Positions 24,190-36,735 of a stretch of 64,000 bases of DNA are shown one piece after another. A model generated the notes under the pieces. The model was not told the DNA's origin and made no database searches. It saw only the letters and a program-made list of their open reading frames with translations. Origin of the DNA: Felis catus. Its lineage: Eukaryota. The stretch is taken from contig NC_058368.1 in NCBI RefSeq assembly GCF_018350175.1, forward strand, positions 100,256,001 to 100,320,000. Reading direction: 5' to 3'. Positions within the stretch are counted from its first letter, which is position 1. Every line of letters begins with the position of its first letter. Both the position numbers and the translations under genes were made by a program.

Positions 24190-27100
24190 CATAGTTCCAA
24201 TTTCAAAATGATGAAGATTTACTAATGCCCAAAATGATGACAAGGATTCTTAATGTACTGATGCTATATCAAACTTCTCAGGATGTCCTAGCGCTTTCTA
24301 AAATTCTCAGAAACTTATTGTATATGTGTAGAACAGTAAGTGCATTCGTTCACTGTTCTCCTTGAATCATTATTTCTGGAAACTTCATAAAAGTTAGCAA
24401 AAAACAAAAAACAAAAAACCACTCAACTTTCAAACCACTCTCTTGATGGTATTAGGTCTTTGATCCATGCACTAAGGATTAAGCCCTGTAAATGGCTACA
24501 ACAATTTGTGTTCACTAAGAACACAAAAGGTGTCTCTGTTCCCATTGTATAGTTTGGTCTAATTATTCTGAGTCAGTCACCTTTTCAAATCAATTTATGC
24601 CTTTACTTCAAAAGTGAATGAGACAGGCACCCTCTTGCCTTCATGGATCATATGTAGGTTAATGGGAAATACAACATTAAAAACTATAACATAAAAATTA
24701 TTTAATAAGTTAAAATACTACAAGTGAAAAAAAGACTATGAAGTACTAAGAAACATGATAGAGGATGTGGTGAGTGATTTTTTTTTTAATTATTCTCTGA
24801 GATGTCAAAAGTAGCATAGGTTAGCAAATAACAACAGAGCAAAACTATAACTCTTTGAACTGAGATCTTTTTCCTTCTCTTTTTCCCCCTTGGATCTTAC
24901 AGATAAATAAGAAATAAGAACTGAAATGTCTCTGTTCTTCACAAATTTACCTAAATAAAGTAACATTTCCACTAGGTAAAGTGGATGTTTGGAAGGTTTC
25001 AGGAAAATCAAGAAAATCTCTCTAGAGAGAGATGACATTGCTTCATCGACCATTTTTGAGGAGACGCTGAAGTTTGTGGGGGCAGTTGTGTGGATTAGAA
25101 GCCACAGGGAGTGTGCACAGTAGGCTAGATTTAAGACCTGAATTTTCACACTTTTTCAGTCATGTTATCTACCTCTACTTAGGTGCCTATAGCCTGTGAT
25201 AAATACCTGAACTGTTAAGTATTAAGATAAGTCATTTGAAATAATGAGGAGGGAGCCACATATAAAACAATGGATAGTTGACAAACAATTTAAATTAAAA
25301 TTCCAGAAAAACAGAAACTTGTAAAATATTCTAGTCAACTCTCAGCTTCTTTCGATTCACAGTTTAATGTGAGCAGAAAAATGGCAAAACAGCAGAATCA
25401 GCTGATAGTCTAGAGCCATAGGGAATAGTCTGTATATCCTATGCGTCTGTCACTTTGTCTGTCTGTCTGTGTGTGTCTCTCTCTCTCTGCATGCATATAA
25501 AGTATATTTAGCTCCTTAGTTTTCTGAATAATCCAAACATTTGTGTTTGAATTCGTGAACTATTCCAAATGATGCAGGTAATTTGCTAAAATCTGTACTC
25601 TGGCCTCGTGTTGGCAGCATTTAGTCATAAAATCCAAGATATAAAAGCTATCTTTAAGTGGGAATGAAGAAGGCATGGGATGGGGAGGGATTTGATTGAA
25701 GGATGGTTAAAAAAAAAAAGAAGAAGAAGAAGAAGGTATTATTATGTTCATCTAGATTAAAGGAACCTAATCCACTTGAAATTATTCTTTTAAGAGGGTG
25801 CCAGGAAGGAATTTATTTTTCTTTGTAGTGATGCTAGGACTTGAAATAACTTAACTAGCAATTAGTGACTTCATGGGAAAGCAAAATATCCTGTGTGTTT
25901 GTGTGACTACAGATGAAGGCCAAGGAGCCAAGATGTGGTAGACCAGTTGCCTTCTTGTGTGAGCAATGGTAGATGTTTATCTGATTCTCCTTGAAGGCCA
26001 CGGGTATATCCACGAGGCTGAGGCTCCCTGCCGAAGCACGCAGACCGACCCTTGCTATCCAGCAAACGGTATCACCCCAGCTCTTGCTTCGGGTTTGATG
26101 AGCCTGACTGACCTACGTGGCTCACTTTGGACAGGGATTCGTCTCTGTGATTGTCTCTTGCTCCTAAAAGTGAACGCCACCTTACACACTGGTATACGAT
26201 TTCTGGTTTGATGTCACGGCGTTGTTAGAGAAGTGTGTTTTGTCTAACTGGTGGTAGCACAAATGCCCTCGCCTCCATTGTGTGCATTCTGTGAGACTTT
26301 CATCCCTGACTTCAAAGTCAAATTTCTTTCATTTCTTCATGGCTTGTGAAGGAGGGAATCCTGGGCCGAGGCATAGATGGGGATAAAACGCCTTCTGATG
26401 TCAGAGGCAAGACTTGATTATGTTGCCTCTGTTTGGAAATATCCACATGGCGTTCACGTTCTTTCTTCACATCCGACGCTTGCATGTAACAAAATTCTGG
26501 TGTTTCCTATGGGACTCTTGGTAACTGCTACGACTTTATATGAATTACAGCTCAGGACGATAGAAACCACTAACTCCTGTTGTGATTTTATAAAGGAAAT
26601 CCTCTTGCTCGATCCAAGTCTGTCTCACAGTGTCAGCACAGAAAGCAATTGTGTTGGGTTTATAAAGGCCCTGTTAGTCCTATCTATCCCTACCAGAATG
26701 GATCCAAGTGACACTTTCTTGAGAATTTGTACAGAGGAAACCATTTCCATTTAACCACAATTGAAACTAAAACAAATATTTCCTTCTGTGGAAAGTTACC
26801 CTACAAAAATTTCCACTGACAAGTGGAAGTGTTGTCAATCAGTGAAGCCTTATAGATGGTATACTTGTGGATGCATTTTTAAGTGGGGTAGAGTAGGGGC
26901 TCTTGCTGAGCTCTTACTATATATCTCCTAGGCTTATAGCGATACAGACATTTACCTCAAGGGCTGGTTTGGGGACTGGATGTGTCATAATCAGTGGGGG
27001 AATTTAAAAAATACTGCAGATTTGAAGACACTAGCCCCAGGGACTCTTATTCAGCCAATATGAGGCAAAGCTTTGGAATCAGTACTATTTATGTCTCTTA

Positions 27101-27416
27101 CTTGATTTTAAGATCTGCCATGCTTGGGAAATAGCTTCTAAATCCCTAAGAGACTTCAGTTACTTTTTCCTATAATGCTTTTTCATGAAAACACGAAGAA
27201 ATAAGATGATAATTTCTAATCATGTCAAAATGAATGTTCTATTGCTCTTTTCTTCGGTTGGTTTTTATTTTTTCAAAAAACAAGAAAGAAAAGACAAAAA
27301 CGTGGTGGTGGCAAAGCACTCAGGGGGAGGAACCAGGTTAGGCAAACTTAAGTAATTGTCAGATATCTTTTAGGTAATCTTGGGCCCTCTCTTTGTCCAC
27401 GGTTGCCTAGGTGTCT

Positions 27417-27760
27417 GTACCAGTCAGGATAAATTAGGTTATATCCTGGAAACAAACAGTCCCCAAATCTCAGTGGCTTAATACAGCAAAGCATATTGAC
27501 TGTGCATGCTACAGATCCATAAAACCGACTGTGGCTTTGTTCTGCAGCATTTCCTCTGGGGTTCAGGCTAACAGAACAGTCTCTGTCTAGAATATTGTTG
27601 GTTATTATGGCAGTGACAAAGAGGACATGGTGAGCCACATGTAGGCTCTTAGAGCCTCTGTCCAGGCAGTGCCACACAGCCACACCTAAATTCCATGGGG
27701 AAGGGTGTATAATCCTCCAACAGGGAGGGATAGCAAATATTTGAGAGAGTGCACCACATA
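27417..27760 (-). mobile_element. Old MLT1-type MaLR LTR
   Basis: cagtcaggataaattaggttat...aacaaacagtccccaaatctcagtggcttaatacagcaaag is the characteristic reversed MLT1 end. Confidence 0.8.
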
Positions 27761-27794
27761 ATTCTTGTCAGAAAATAAATAGTGCTGGTCTTAA

Positions 27795-28160
27795 ACCAAC
27801 AGAAAACAAGTATTTATTGAGTACCTACCAGGTTCAGACACTGAGAATACATCAGTCAATGGAAAATACAAAATCCCTGAAGTCCTGGGGCTTTCACTGA
27901 AGGAGTGGAGGGAAAATAAAAGTAAATATTGTTCTCTGAAGTAAAATAAAGAATAGCTACGAACGATAAGATTGTAGGGCGTTCTATTTAAAGTCATCAG
28001 GTAAGTGTCTTGTGAGATATTTGAGCGTAGAATTTAAAGAAGAACATGGAGTCCATTCCAAAACCTGGAGCAAGAGACGTTGAGATGGGTAGCAGCAGTT
28101 GCAAAGATCCTGAGGCAGGAACATATATGGACTGAGAGGAAGTAGAGAAAGTCCAGAGCA
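27795..28160 (-). mobile_element. L2 3' fragment
   Basis: acaagtatttattgagtacctaccagg...cactgagaatacatcagt...aaaatccctg is the reversed L2 3' end; appears to resume near 29432. Confidence 0.75.
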
Positions 28161-28164
28161 GATA

Positions 28165-29128
28165 GATCTCTCCATTCCAAAAAGGAGAAATAGGAAAGAG
28201 GGGGTAACAGGTCTCAAATAATTCCAAACTTCAAGGCAAAGTCCATGAGATCTTTAAGGCTCAAGTGTCATCCTCTTTGGCTTGATGTCCACCCTCCAGG
28301 TCCAGAGGTGGCAGATGTCCCACCTTCCAGACACATTGGAGTGGAAGTCCCACCTCATGGACCCACTAGGGTTGTAGTCTTGTCACTGAGGCTTTGCCCA
28401 ATTGAGGTTAGACCTCCTGAAGGCTCTGACCAACCCCACACCCACAGCTTGAGCAGAGACCATCTGGCCTGTTGGGAATTGCAGTGATGGCCTCCCTTTT
28501 TGAACACAAGGAGGTGGTGGTGATCATCTCTGACTATAGGGTTTTGTCTTATAAACCTCTGAAGCCCACAGTCTTCCTTCATCCTTTGAATCTCCTTCTG
28601 CTTCTTCCTTCTTTGCTTAACAATTCCATCTTTAAGTCATTCCTGTTGTCTCACATTTTACCATGAGTAGTCAGAAGGAGCTAAGCCATACCTTCAACAC
28701 TTTGCTTGGAAAATACTTCAGCTAAATAGTCCATTTCATTGCTCACAAATTCTACCTTCCACAAAACATCAGAACAGAAATAATTCAGTCAAGACATTTA
28801 ATACTTCTTAAGAAGCGTTGCTTTGTCTTTGATTTTCAGTAACATGGTCCTCATTTCCTTCTCAGATGTCATCAGAATGGACACCATTGTCCATATTTCT
28901 ACCAACATTCTGTTCAGGATTATTGAGAAAATCTCTAAGAAGGTGAAACTTTCTCTATAGCTCTCCTCTTCTCCTGAGTTTTTACTAAAGTCAACTTCAA
29001 TGGTCTGCTCAGGGCAAGATAGGCTTTTTCTAGAAAGTACCTCAAAAATCTGCCAGCATCTACTCAATGTCCAGTTCCAGAGCTGTTTAGGTATTTGTTA
29101 AAGCTTCACCTCATTTTCAATACCAATA
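28165..29128 (-). mobile_element. MaLR internal sequence (MLT1-int), 5' part
   Basis: Abuts the LTR at taccaat; the minus-strand translation (WQIFEVLSRKSLSCPEQT..., then EQNVGRNMD in another frame) resembles the decayed MaLR ORF. Confidence 0.78.
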
Positions 29129-29431
29129 TGTCTTAGTCCATTCAAGATAATAGGAACGTAAATTTATTTCTCACAGTTCTGGAGGCTGGGAAGTCCAAGA
29201 TCGAGGGAAATTCTCTGGGGAGGGCCACAGTCTGGTTCCTAAACAGCAGTTATCATGCTGTGTCCTCAGATAGTGGAAGGGGTGAGGGAACTCTGTGAGC
29301 ACTGATTTCTAAGGGCACTAATACCAAGAATATCTAATCACCTCCTAAAGGCCTCACCTCCTAAGACCGTCCTCCTGGGAGTCAGGATTTCAACATATAA
29401 GTTGTACAGGGTTAGAAACATTTGGTCTAGA
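29129..29431 (-). mobile_element. MLT1A-like MaLR LTR
   Basis: tgtcttagtccattc...aatttatttctcacagttctggaggctgggaagtccaagatc...ctaatcacctcctaaaggcctcacctcc...ggatttcaacatat. Confidence 0.9.
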
Positions 29432-29501
29432 GGAAGTTCATTGGTCATTTTCGCAAGAGAGGCTTAAGTGAAGTTGGCAAGAATTTAAAAGCTTGACTTG
29501 A

Positions 29502-29713
29502 GGGGCTCCTGGGTGGTTCAGTTGGTTGGGCGTCCGACTTTGGCTAGGGGCATGATTTCACAATTTGTGGCTTCAAGCCCCATGTCTGGCTCTATGCCGA
29601 CAGCTGGAGCCTGGTTCCGATTCTGTGTCTCCCTCTCTCTCTGCCCCTCTCCTGTTCACACTATGTGTCTGCCTTTCTCAAAAATAAATAAACATTTAAA
29701 AAAAATTTTTTTA
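29502..29713 (+). mobile_element. Can-SINE
   Basis: TSD aaaagcttgacttga (29487-29501 / 29714-29728). Confidence 0.96.
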
Positions 29714-30760
29714 AAAAGCTTGACTTGAGTGATAATGGAACCTGAGAATTTGGAGAGCAAATGTAGACTCTCTTAAAAGGTTTCATGATAAATGGGAACA
29801 GGTAGCTAAGGCCCACAGCTTATCAGTTCTTTTCTATTGTAATTGTATAATTTTACATACTTACCAGCAGTACTTGGAAAGTCCCATTTTTTCCACATCC
29901 TTGCCAACACTTGGTATGGTCAGCTTTTGTTAATTTTACCCATTCTAATGAGTATACAGTTGTATCTCAATGTGGTTTTAATGCATTTCCCTGATGACTA
30001 ATGATATTGATCATCATTTCATGGGATTATTACCCACTAATATAGCTTCTGTTGTAAAGAATCTCTTCAAATTTTCCACTTTTTTTTTTTTAGAGGTTTT
30101 TAGTCTTTACAATTGAGTTATAGGAGTGCTTTATGTATTCTGGATACAAGTCATTTGATATCTGGTTTGCCAGTAGTTTCCCATCCTTCATGGCCCGCCA
30201 TTTTATGTTTTCTTAGTGGTGGTTTTCAGTAAGAAAATGTTGCTAATTTTTAGGAGATCCAACTTACCAATTTTTATTTTATGCTCCATGCTTTCATATT
30301 CTATTTAAAAAGTAACTACCTACCCCAAGATTGCAAAGATTTTTTTCTTATACTTTCTTCTAGAATTTTTCTCATTTTGTGTATTATATTTGTGTCTATG
30401 ATTCTCCTTGAGTTAAATACTGGGTATCATGTGATGTGAGGATTGACGCTTGTATTTGCCCTCGGAATATCCATTCGATATGACAGTATTTGTTAAAATC
30501 ACTTTCCAATTTAATAGTATTGGCAACTTTGTCAAGACTCTATTGACCATACATACTGGCTTTACTAAATAGTTGGGCAGTGATCCCTTTTCCTCTTTTT
30601 TAAAAAATATATTTGAGTAAGATTGGTGTTACGTCTTCCCCCAGTGCTTGATAGAATTCACCAGTGAAATCATTGGGACCTGGACTTTGTCTTGCTGGAA
30701 AGGCTTTGATAACAAAGTACTTTGCTTTAATAGATGTAGAGTAACTCATAATATTTTTTC

Positions 30761-30891
30761 TTTTTTTTATATTTAATAAAATTTATTGTCAGATTGGTTT
30801 TCATGCAACACCCAGCTCTCATCCCAACAGGTGCCTCAATGCCCATCACGCACTTTCCCATCTCCCCCACCTCCCATCAACGCTCAGTTTG
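30761..30891 (-). mobile_element. Short 5'-truncated carnivore/feline L1 3' end
   Basis: tttattgtcagattggtt...caacacccagctctcatcccaacaggtgcctcaatgcccatcac; reverse complement resembles the L1 3' UTR at ~61950-62120; imperfect TSD taatat(g)tttttctt. Confidence 0.85.
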
Positions 30892-31572
30892 TAATATGTT
30901 TTTTCTTATGTTAATTTCAGTATGTTATATTTTTTGGAAATGTATTCATCTCCATATTCCAATTTTTTAGCATAAAGTTATTCATAGAATTGTCTTATTG
31001 TTCTACAATGCTTGCAATATTGCTAACCCTCTTAATTAGTGATATTGGTGATTTTTCTTCCCCTTTTTTTCTTGATTAATCTTGGTAGAATTTTGTCAAA
31101 TTTGTTGCTGTCTTCAAAAAGTCCATTTTTGGCTTTGTTTAGTTTTTTGTCCATTTTCCATTTTATTGATTTCTGTTCTTATCTTTATTATTACTTCGCT
31201 CTTCTTTTTTCTGGTTTCTTGAAGTGAAACTCAAGTCAGTGCTTTTAGATCCTTCTTCTAATTTCTAACATAACTCTGGTTGGAAATAAAGTATCCATAA
31301 AGGTGAGGGTTTGTGTATGCATGTGTGTGTATGCGTGTATGTGTGGGCGTACTCTAATTCTATTATATTAATCTATGTTTAGTTTTAAACCAGTACCATA
31401 TGGTATTGATAACTTGAGATTTGCAGTAAGGTTTGAAATAGAGAAACATGAGTCTTCCAATTTTGTTCTTCAAGAATGTTTTATTTATTCTGGGTCCATT
31501 TCATGAGCATCATCTCACAAATTTGAAATTCTGTATTTTCATTGTCATTCAAATAAAAATGATTTCATTTTT

Positions 31573-31753
31573 TTAAGTTTATTTGGAGAGAGAGAGAGAG
31601 CGAGCAGGGGAGGGAGAGAGAGAGAGAATCCCAAGCAGGCTCTACACTATTACTGCAGAGCCTGATGGAGGGCTTGAATTCATGAACTGTGAGATCATGA
31701 CCTCAGCCAGTCAAGAGTCAGATGCTTAATTGACTGAGCCACCCAGGCACCCC
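31573..31753 (-). mobile_element. Can-SINE
   Basis: TSD atgatttcattttt (31559-31572 / 31766-31779). Confidence 0.95.
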
Positions 31754-32844
31754 CGCCCCCTGCCCATGATTTCATTTTTAACCCGTGACTATTATTTAAG
31801 TTCCAGATATTTAGGATTTTCCTAAGATGTGTTACTGTTATTGATTTCTCACTTAATTCTTTCTAGTAAGAGAACTCACTTTATGTAGTTTTGATCCTTT
31901 TACTTCTATAAAAACATGTTCCATGACCCCACATATGATCTGTGTTTGTCAGTGTTCTTTGAGTACTTGGGGGAAAAAACCTGTATCCTGTAGTTTTGGA
32001 ATGCCGTGTTCTGTAAATTAGATCAAGATGGTTGATGGTGTTATTCAGGTGTTCTGTATCTCTGCAGGTTTTCTTTCTCACTGCTCTGTGAGTGCCGAGA
32101 GATGGGTGTAGACATCCCCCACAACTTCAGGCTGTGCTTAAGATTGCACAGGCTCAAACTGAGACTTGGGGCATGCCCTTCTCTAGCTCTACCCTCTGGG
32201 GTTCTTCTGTCATACTCCGGGCCCTGGAAACTTGTATTCCTCACTCACCGGCCACATATATGGGATATTTCTTGGAAGTTTAGCCGCTCACAGTTATCAC
32301 TGATGTAGCACTTGAGAACCAGCCTGCTGTTGGGGCAAAACCACAAGAGAGAAGAGAAAAAAAGGAGAAACTCATTCCAATGTCATTACTTCTCCAGGTT
32401 ACAACTCCTTTCCACAATCAACCTGTTTTGTTTTGTTTTTTTTTTTTCACTTTCCATGGTCCTCAAGTAGTTTTTTTGTGTGTATTTTGTCTAGAGTTTT
32501 CAGTTACAATCCATGAGAGGAACAGAGCACATGTGGATGGAGATTTTTGTACCATGCCAGTATTGAAATGCCCAAAAAGTTTTAGAAGTTTTACATAGAA
32601 AAACTTGATCTTTTCACCAGAGATTCCGAACCTTGTGTTCTTTTCCCTATAACGTATTCCTTATCCCCAAAATATATAAAAATATATATTCTATATTGTT
32701 TCTTGTAGCACTTTCAAAGTTCTGTTGTTTGTTTTGTTTTAAGCATGCTCACTAATCCAACTAAAATTATTTCTTTAATTTTTGGCGTGGAATAAAGTGG
32801 AGATCTAACTTTAATTTCTTTTTCACTTTAAATGGATAATTGTA

Positions 32845-33054
32845 GGGGTGCCTGGGTGGTTCAGTCGGATAAGCATCCGACTTCAGCTCAGGTCACCATC
32901 TCACAGTTTGTGGGTTCGAGCCCTGCATCGGGCTCTGTGCTGACAGCCTGGTGGAGCCTGGAGCCTGCTTCGGATTCTATGTTTCCTTCTCTCTCTGCCC
33001 CTCCCCCACTCCTGTTCTGTCTGCCTCTCTCTCAAAAATAAATAAACATAAAAA
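32845..33054 (+). mobile_element. Can-SINE
   Basis: TSD taaatggataattgt. Confidence 0.96.
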
Positions 33055-33397
33055 TAAATGGATAATTGTCTAAATACCATTTGTTGTGTAGTACATCATT
33101 TTTCTACACGAATTTATTTCCAGATTGTCCAGTCTGTTCTCTTGATTTCTCTAGATTATTGATTTCCCAATATCTATCATTATTATTTTCATCCTTTTTG
33201 GTCAGAATGTTTATTATTCTTGTTTTATACTTACCATGTTTTCTAATGTTCAAAAATTGAGTGAAGTACGAACCTAACTATTTTTTAAAAGAAAGCCAGT
33301 GTTTCCAACATCACTTTTTATGTAGAGTCCCTCAGACACATACACATATAAATGCATTTCTGGGTTCTGGATTCTCTACACTGTTCTCTTGTCACCT

Positions 33398-33616
33398 ATT
33401 TTTTTTTTCAACATTTTTTATTTTTATTTTTGGGACAGAGAGAGACAGAGCATGAACGGGGGAGGGGCAGAGAGAGAGGGAGACACAGAATCGGAAACAG
33501 GCTCCAGGCTCTGAGCCATCAGCCCAGAGCCTGACGCGGGGCTCGAACTCACGGACCGCGAGATCGTGACCTGGCTGAAGTCGGACGCTTTACCGACTGC
33601 GCCACCCAGGCGGCCC
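33398..33616 (-). mobile_element. Can-SINE, young feline type
   Basis: TSD ctcttgtcacct; CpG-rich; near-identical to the copy at 17-250. Confidence 0.97.
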
Positions 33617-34032
33617 TCTTGTCACCTCTTTATGTATTACTTTTCCAACATTTAGCAATACTGTGTTAAACCCTTTTTGATCATGATGTGTATGGTCCTT
33701 TTAATGAAGTTCTAATATTTTCTATACTATGGTGACAAATGTTAACGAGCCTTATTCTGGTGATCATTTCTTCAATAAGAAAACGTGCTAATATTTTATT
33801 TTGTGTTTTTGCAACTCTATAAGAGCAGGACTGTTGTGTTTTCTTCTTTTAATCTTATAGTCTGATTTTGTATCATCCATCCATAAAATGTTTGGGTCCT
33901 GGTTTTTTATTGTATTTGCTTTTTATCTATGCTGCTGGACTATTCTGTTTTTTTAACTTCTTAAGGTAATCTTATTAATTTCTATTTTTCTAAGAAAGTC
34001 AGTCATTTTGGCTTTAAAAACTACTTTGTGTT

Positions 34033-34259
34033 GGGGCACCTCGGTGGCTCAGTTGGTTAAGCATTTGAATTCAGCTCAGGTCATGATCTTGTGGTTTGTG
34101 AGTTCGAGCCCTGCGTCAGTCTCTCTGTTGACAGCTCAGAGCCTGGAACCTGCTTTGGATTCTGGGTCTCCCTCTCTCTCTGCCCCTCCCCAACTCACAC
34201 TCTGTCTCTCTCTGTCTCTCAAAAAAAATGAATAAATGTTAAAAAAAAGTTTTTAAATA
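34033..34259 (+). mobile_element. Can-SINE
   Basis: TSD aaaaa(c/t)tactttgtgt. Confidence 0.96.
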
Positions 34260-34463
34260 AAAAATTACTTTGTGTAAAAATATTCTCTATTTTCAAAAAA
34301 ATTTTTGTATTTAAAATTTTGATCTCTTTATCATTCCACTGTTTTTTAGTCTTGATCAGATTACTAAAGGTTTTGTTTATTTTATTGGAACTTTCAAAGA
34401 GGCAACAATTTCAGTTTACGTATATATGCTGTTGTGCTATTCTTTTTTAAAGAATTAATTTCT

Positions 34464-34685
34464 TTTTTTTTTTTAATTTTTTTTAACGTTTATTTATTTT
34501 TGAGACAGGGAGAGTCAGAGCGTGAACAGGGGAGGGTCAGAGAGAGGGAGACACAGAATCTGAAACAGGCTCCAGGCTCTGAGCTGTCAGCACAGAGCCC
34601 AACGCAGGGCTTGAACTTCCTGACTGTGAGATCATGACCTGAGCCGAAGTCGGCCGCTTAACCGACTGAGCCACCCAGGCTCCCC
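34464..34685 (-). mobile_element. Can-SINE
   Basis: TSD ttaaagaattaatttct. Confidence 0.96.
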
Positions 34686-35857
34686 TTAAAGAATTAATTT
34701 CTATTTCTACCTTTTAATTCCTCTTCGAGTTTCCTTGCCTGTGTTTTTTCATTCTTCCTCTAGCTTATGTTAACTATTTGGTTCCTTTATATTTAATATT
34801 GTATCAAATACTTCCAAGCCCATTTTTTATGATTATCATTTTGTGTGTTTCTCAGTTTCACAGTGAACAGATTTTCCTGTTTTGGTTTCTCTCTTTTTTC
34901 CCCATCCTTTATGAGTTTTTGTTTGTTTTGTTTTGTGGCACCTTTGTCTACCTCAGATAAAATTTTTTGGTCTACTTGTTGTATTTCTTAAAAAGGTTTA
35001 TTAAAGTCTCCCAAATTAGAATCTCTCTTGTTGTTTGACTACTCCCTGAGCATACGTTCCAAATTACCTATTGATTGCAGTTTTGATGGCTTTCCATAAC
35101 CTCTGGAACCAGCTCCAGAGGGGGAGAGCCGAGAAGACAATACTCCAGGGTCCTTAATGCAATGCCTATCGCGTCATCTCTTTATCTCCCTAGCTGGAGC
35201 CAGATCAGCAGTATTCTTGGCAAGGCAGACCCTGTCTCTGGAGGTAACTGTATGTCATTAATGAGCAAAGCAGTCTCTCTCTCTCCAACATTATTTATAA
35301 GATTTCCTTGATGTGATGAGGGAAATTGAAAACTCCCTGGGGAAATTCTTTGTATACACTCTGCACACTCAAAATGTCTAAACTGTTAAATGACCAAACG
35401 ACTTGGACAACAGGACCTCCTTTTTCCAAGGAAGAAAGTGTGATGCGTAAAAAGGTTGAAAATGCCATGGCTTCAGAAAAGTTGTTCCAAAGCAAATTAC
35501 AATTCGAGTTTATTACACCTAGAACATGTTTGTATATGCTACGTAATTTTATACTAGCAGCCATCCCACGACAAAAGCAAAAAAGGTGTGATTATTGTCA
35601 CCATTCTGAAGGATACCATTGAGTATCAGGGATCAGAAGGGATTCATTCAAGTCATCTAGCCCAAGATGCAATCAGTATTGGAGTGCACGCCTTATGCCT
35701 GCCAAGTTCAAGTTGCTTTCATTTTCCAATAGCAATGTCCTGAAACCTACAGACTCAATTTCCGTAGGAAAGTTCTCCTTGGATTCCAGTCCCTGTAGCT
35801 GGTGGGATTTTGGAAGTTAATTCCTCAAGTGTAGTTGTTGAATAGATATTCGTTGGG

Positions 35858-36091
35858 TTTTTTTTTTTTTTAATTTTTTTTTTATCAATGTTTTTTATTT
35901 ATTTTTGGGACAGAGAGAGACCGAGCATGAACGGGGGAGGGGCAGAGAGAGAGGGAGACACAGAATCGGAAACAGGCTCCAGGCTCTGAGCCATCAGCCC
36001 AGAGCCTGACGCGGGGCTTGAACTCACAGACCGCGAGATCGTGACCTGGCTGAAGTCGGACACTTAACCGACTGCGCCACCCAGGCGCCCC
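35858..36091 (-). mobile_element. Can-SINE, young feline type
   Basis: Diagnostic gaccgcgagatcgtgacctggctgaagtcgga...ctgcgccacccaggcgcccc. Confidence 0.97.
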
Positions 36092-36099
36092 AACATTGG

Positions 36100-36265
36100 T
36101 TTTTTTTTTAATTAATTATTTTTTTTAACCGAAGTCAGGTTGGCACACGTGTTACGTTACTTTCAGGTGTACAACGTAGGGATTCGATAACCCTGTGTGT
36201 TACGTTTTGTTCACAAGTGGCGCCTACCATCTGTCAACATACAACACTGCTTCGATACCATTGAT
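36100..36265 (-). mobile_element. L1 3'-end fragment (L1_Carn/L1MA-like)
   Basis: Poly-T followed by gaagtcaggttggcacac...tttcaggtgtacaac...taccatctgtcaacatacaac. Confidence 0.75.
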
Positions 36266-36379
36266 TAGACACCGGTTGCTTTTAATAGAAATGTGCCGGA
36301 TCTCTTCATGCTTTCTGCCACACTGCACGTCAAGAGGCCAACTTACATCCAGAGTTATCTGCTCCCTTGTCTTTGAGAT

Positions 36380-36735
36380 TTGCTAGGGTGGATCAGTGGA
36401 AGTGCCAGTGGACCTGAGGGAGGAGCAGGGTGAGGTTCAGGCTTTTGTACCCGTTTCCTCCTTGCGGGTTGATTTGAACTGGCCAGGGAGTTGAAGACCC
36501 CAACCTTCTTCGCCCAGTTCCCTTTTTCCCTCTTCCAGTAGCAATTTCCTCCCCTTGATTTCTCAGGCATGGAGCAAAAGTGCTTTTTTAGAGTTACTTT
36601 CCCCAAGTCCTGCACCATCCCTTGGGGTTTCTCTAGGCCCTGCTCATAGCTTTGCAAGGGTCTCTTTTTAAACAATCCTCAAATTATCCAATTTGAATGT
36701 GCCAGCTGTTTTTTGCAAGAACCCTGACTGATAAA
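36380..36735 (+). mobile_element. Probable ERVL LTR fragment (LTR33-like)
   Basis: 3' end cctcaaattatccaatttgaatgtgccagctgtttt...accctgactgata resembles ERVL LTR termini. Confidence 0.5.

Larger units (their letters stand above)
29840..34800 (-). mobile_element. Cluster of old L1 fragments (antisense), interrupted by SINEs
   Basis: ccacatccttgccaacacttggtat...gcatttccctgatgactaatgat...ttgatagaattcaccagtgaaatc; T-rich and stop-riddled; several discontinuous pieces. Confidence 0.8.

Noticed and set aside
26377..26754. 125-aa ORF in unique DNA
   Set aside because: No recognisable homology, motif or supporting exon structure.
35295..35622. Overlapping ORFs on both strands in unique DNA
   Set aside because: Short with no recognisable family; consistent with chance.
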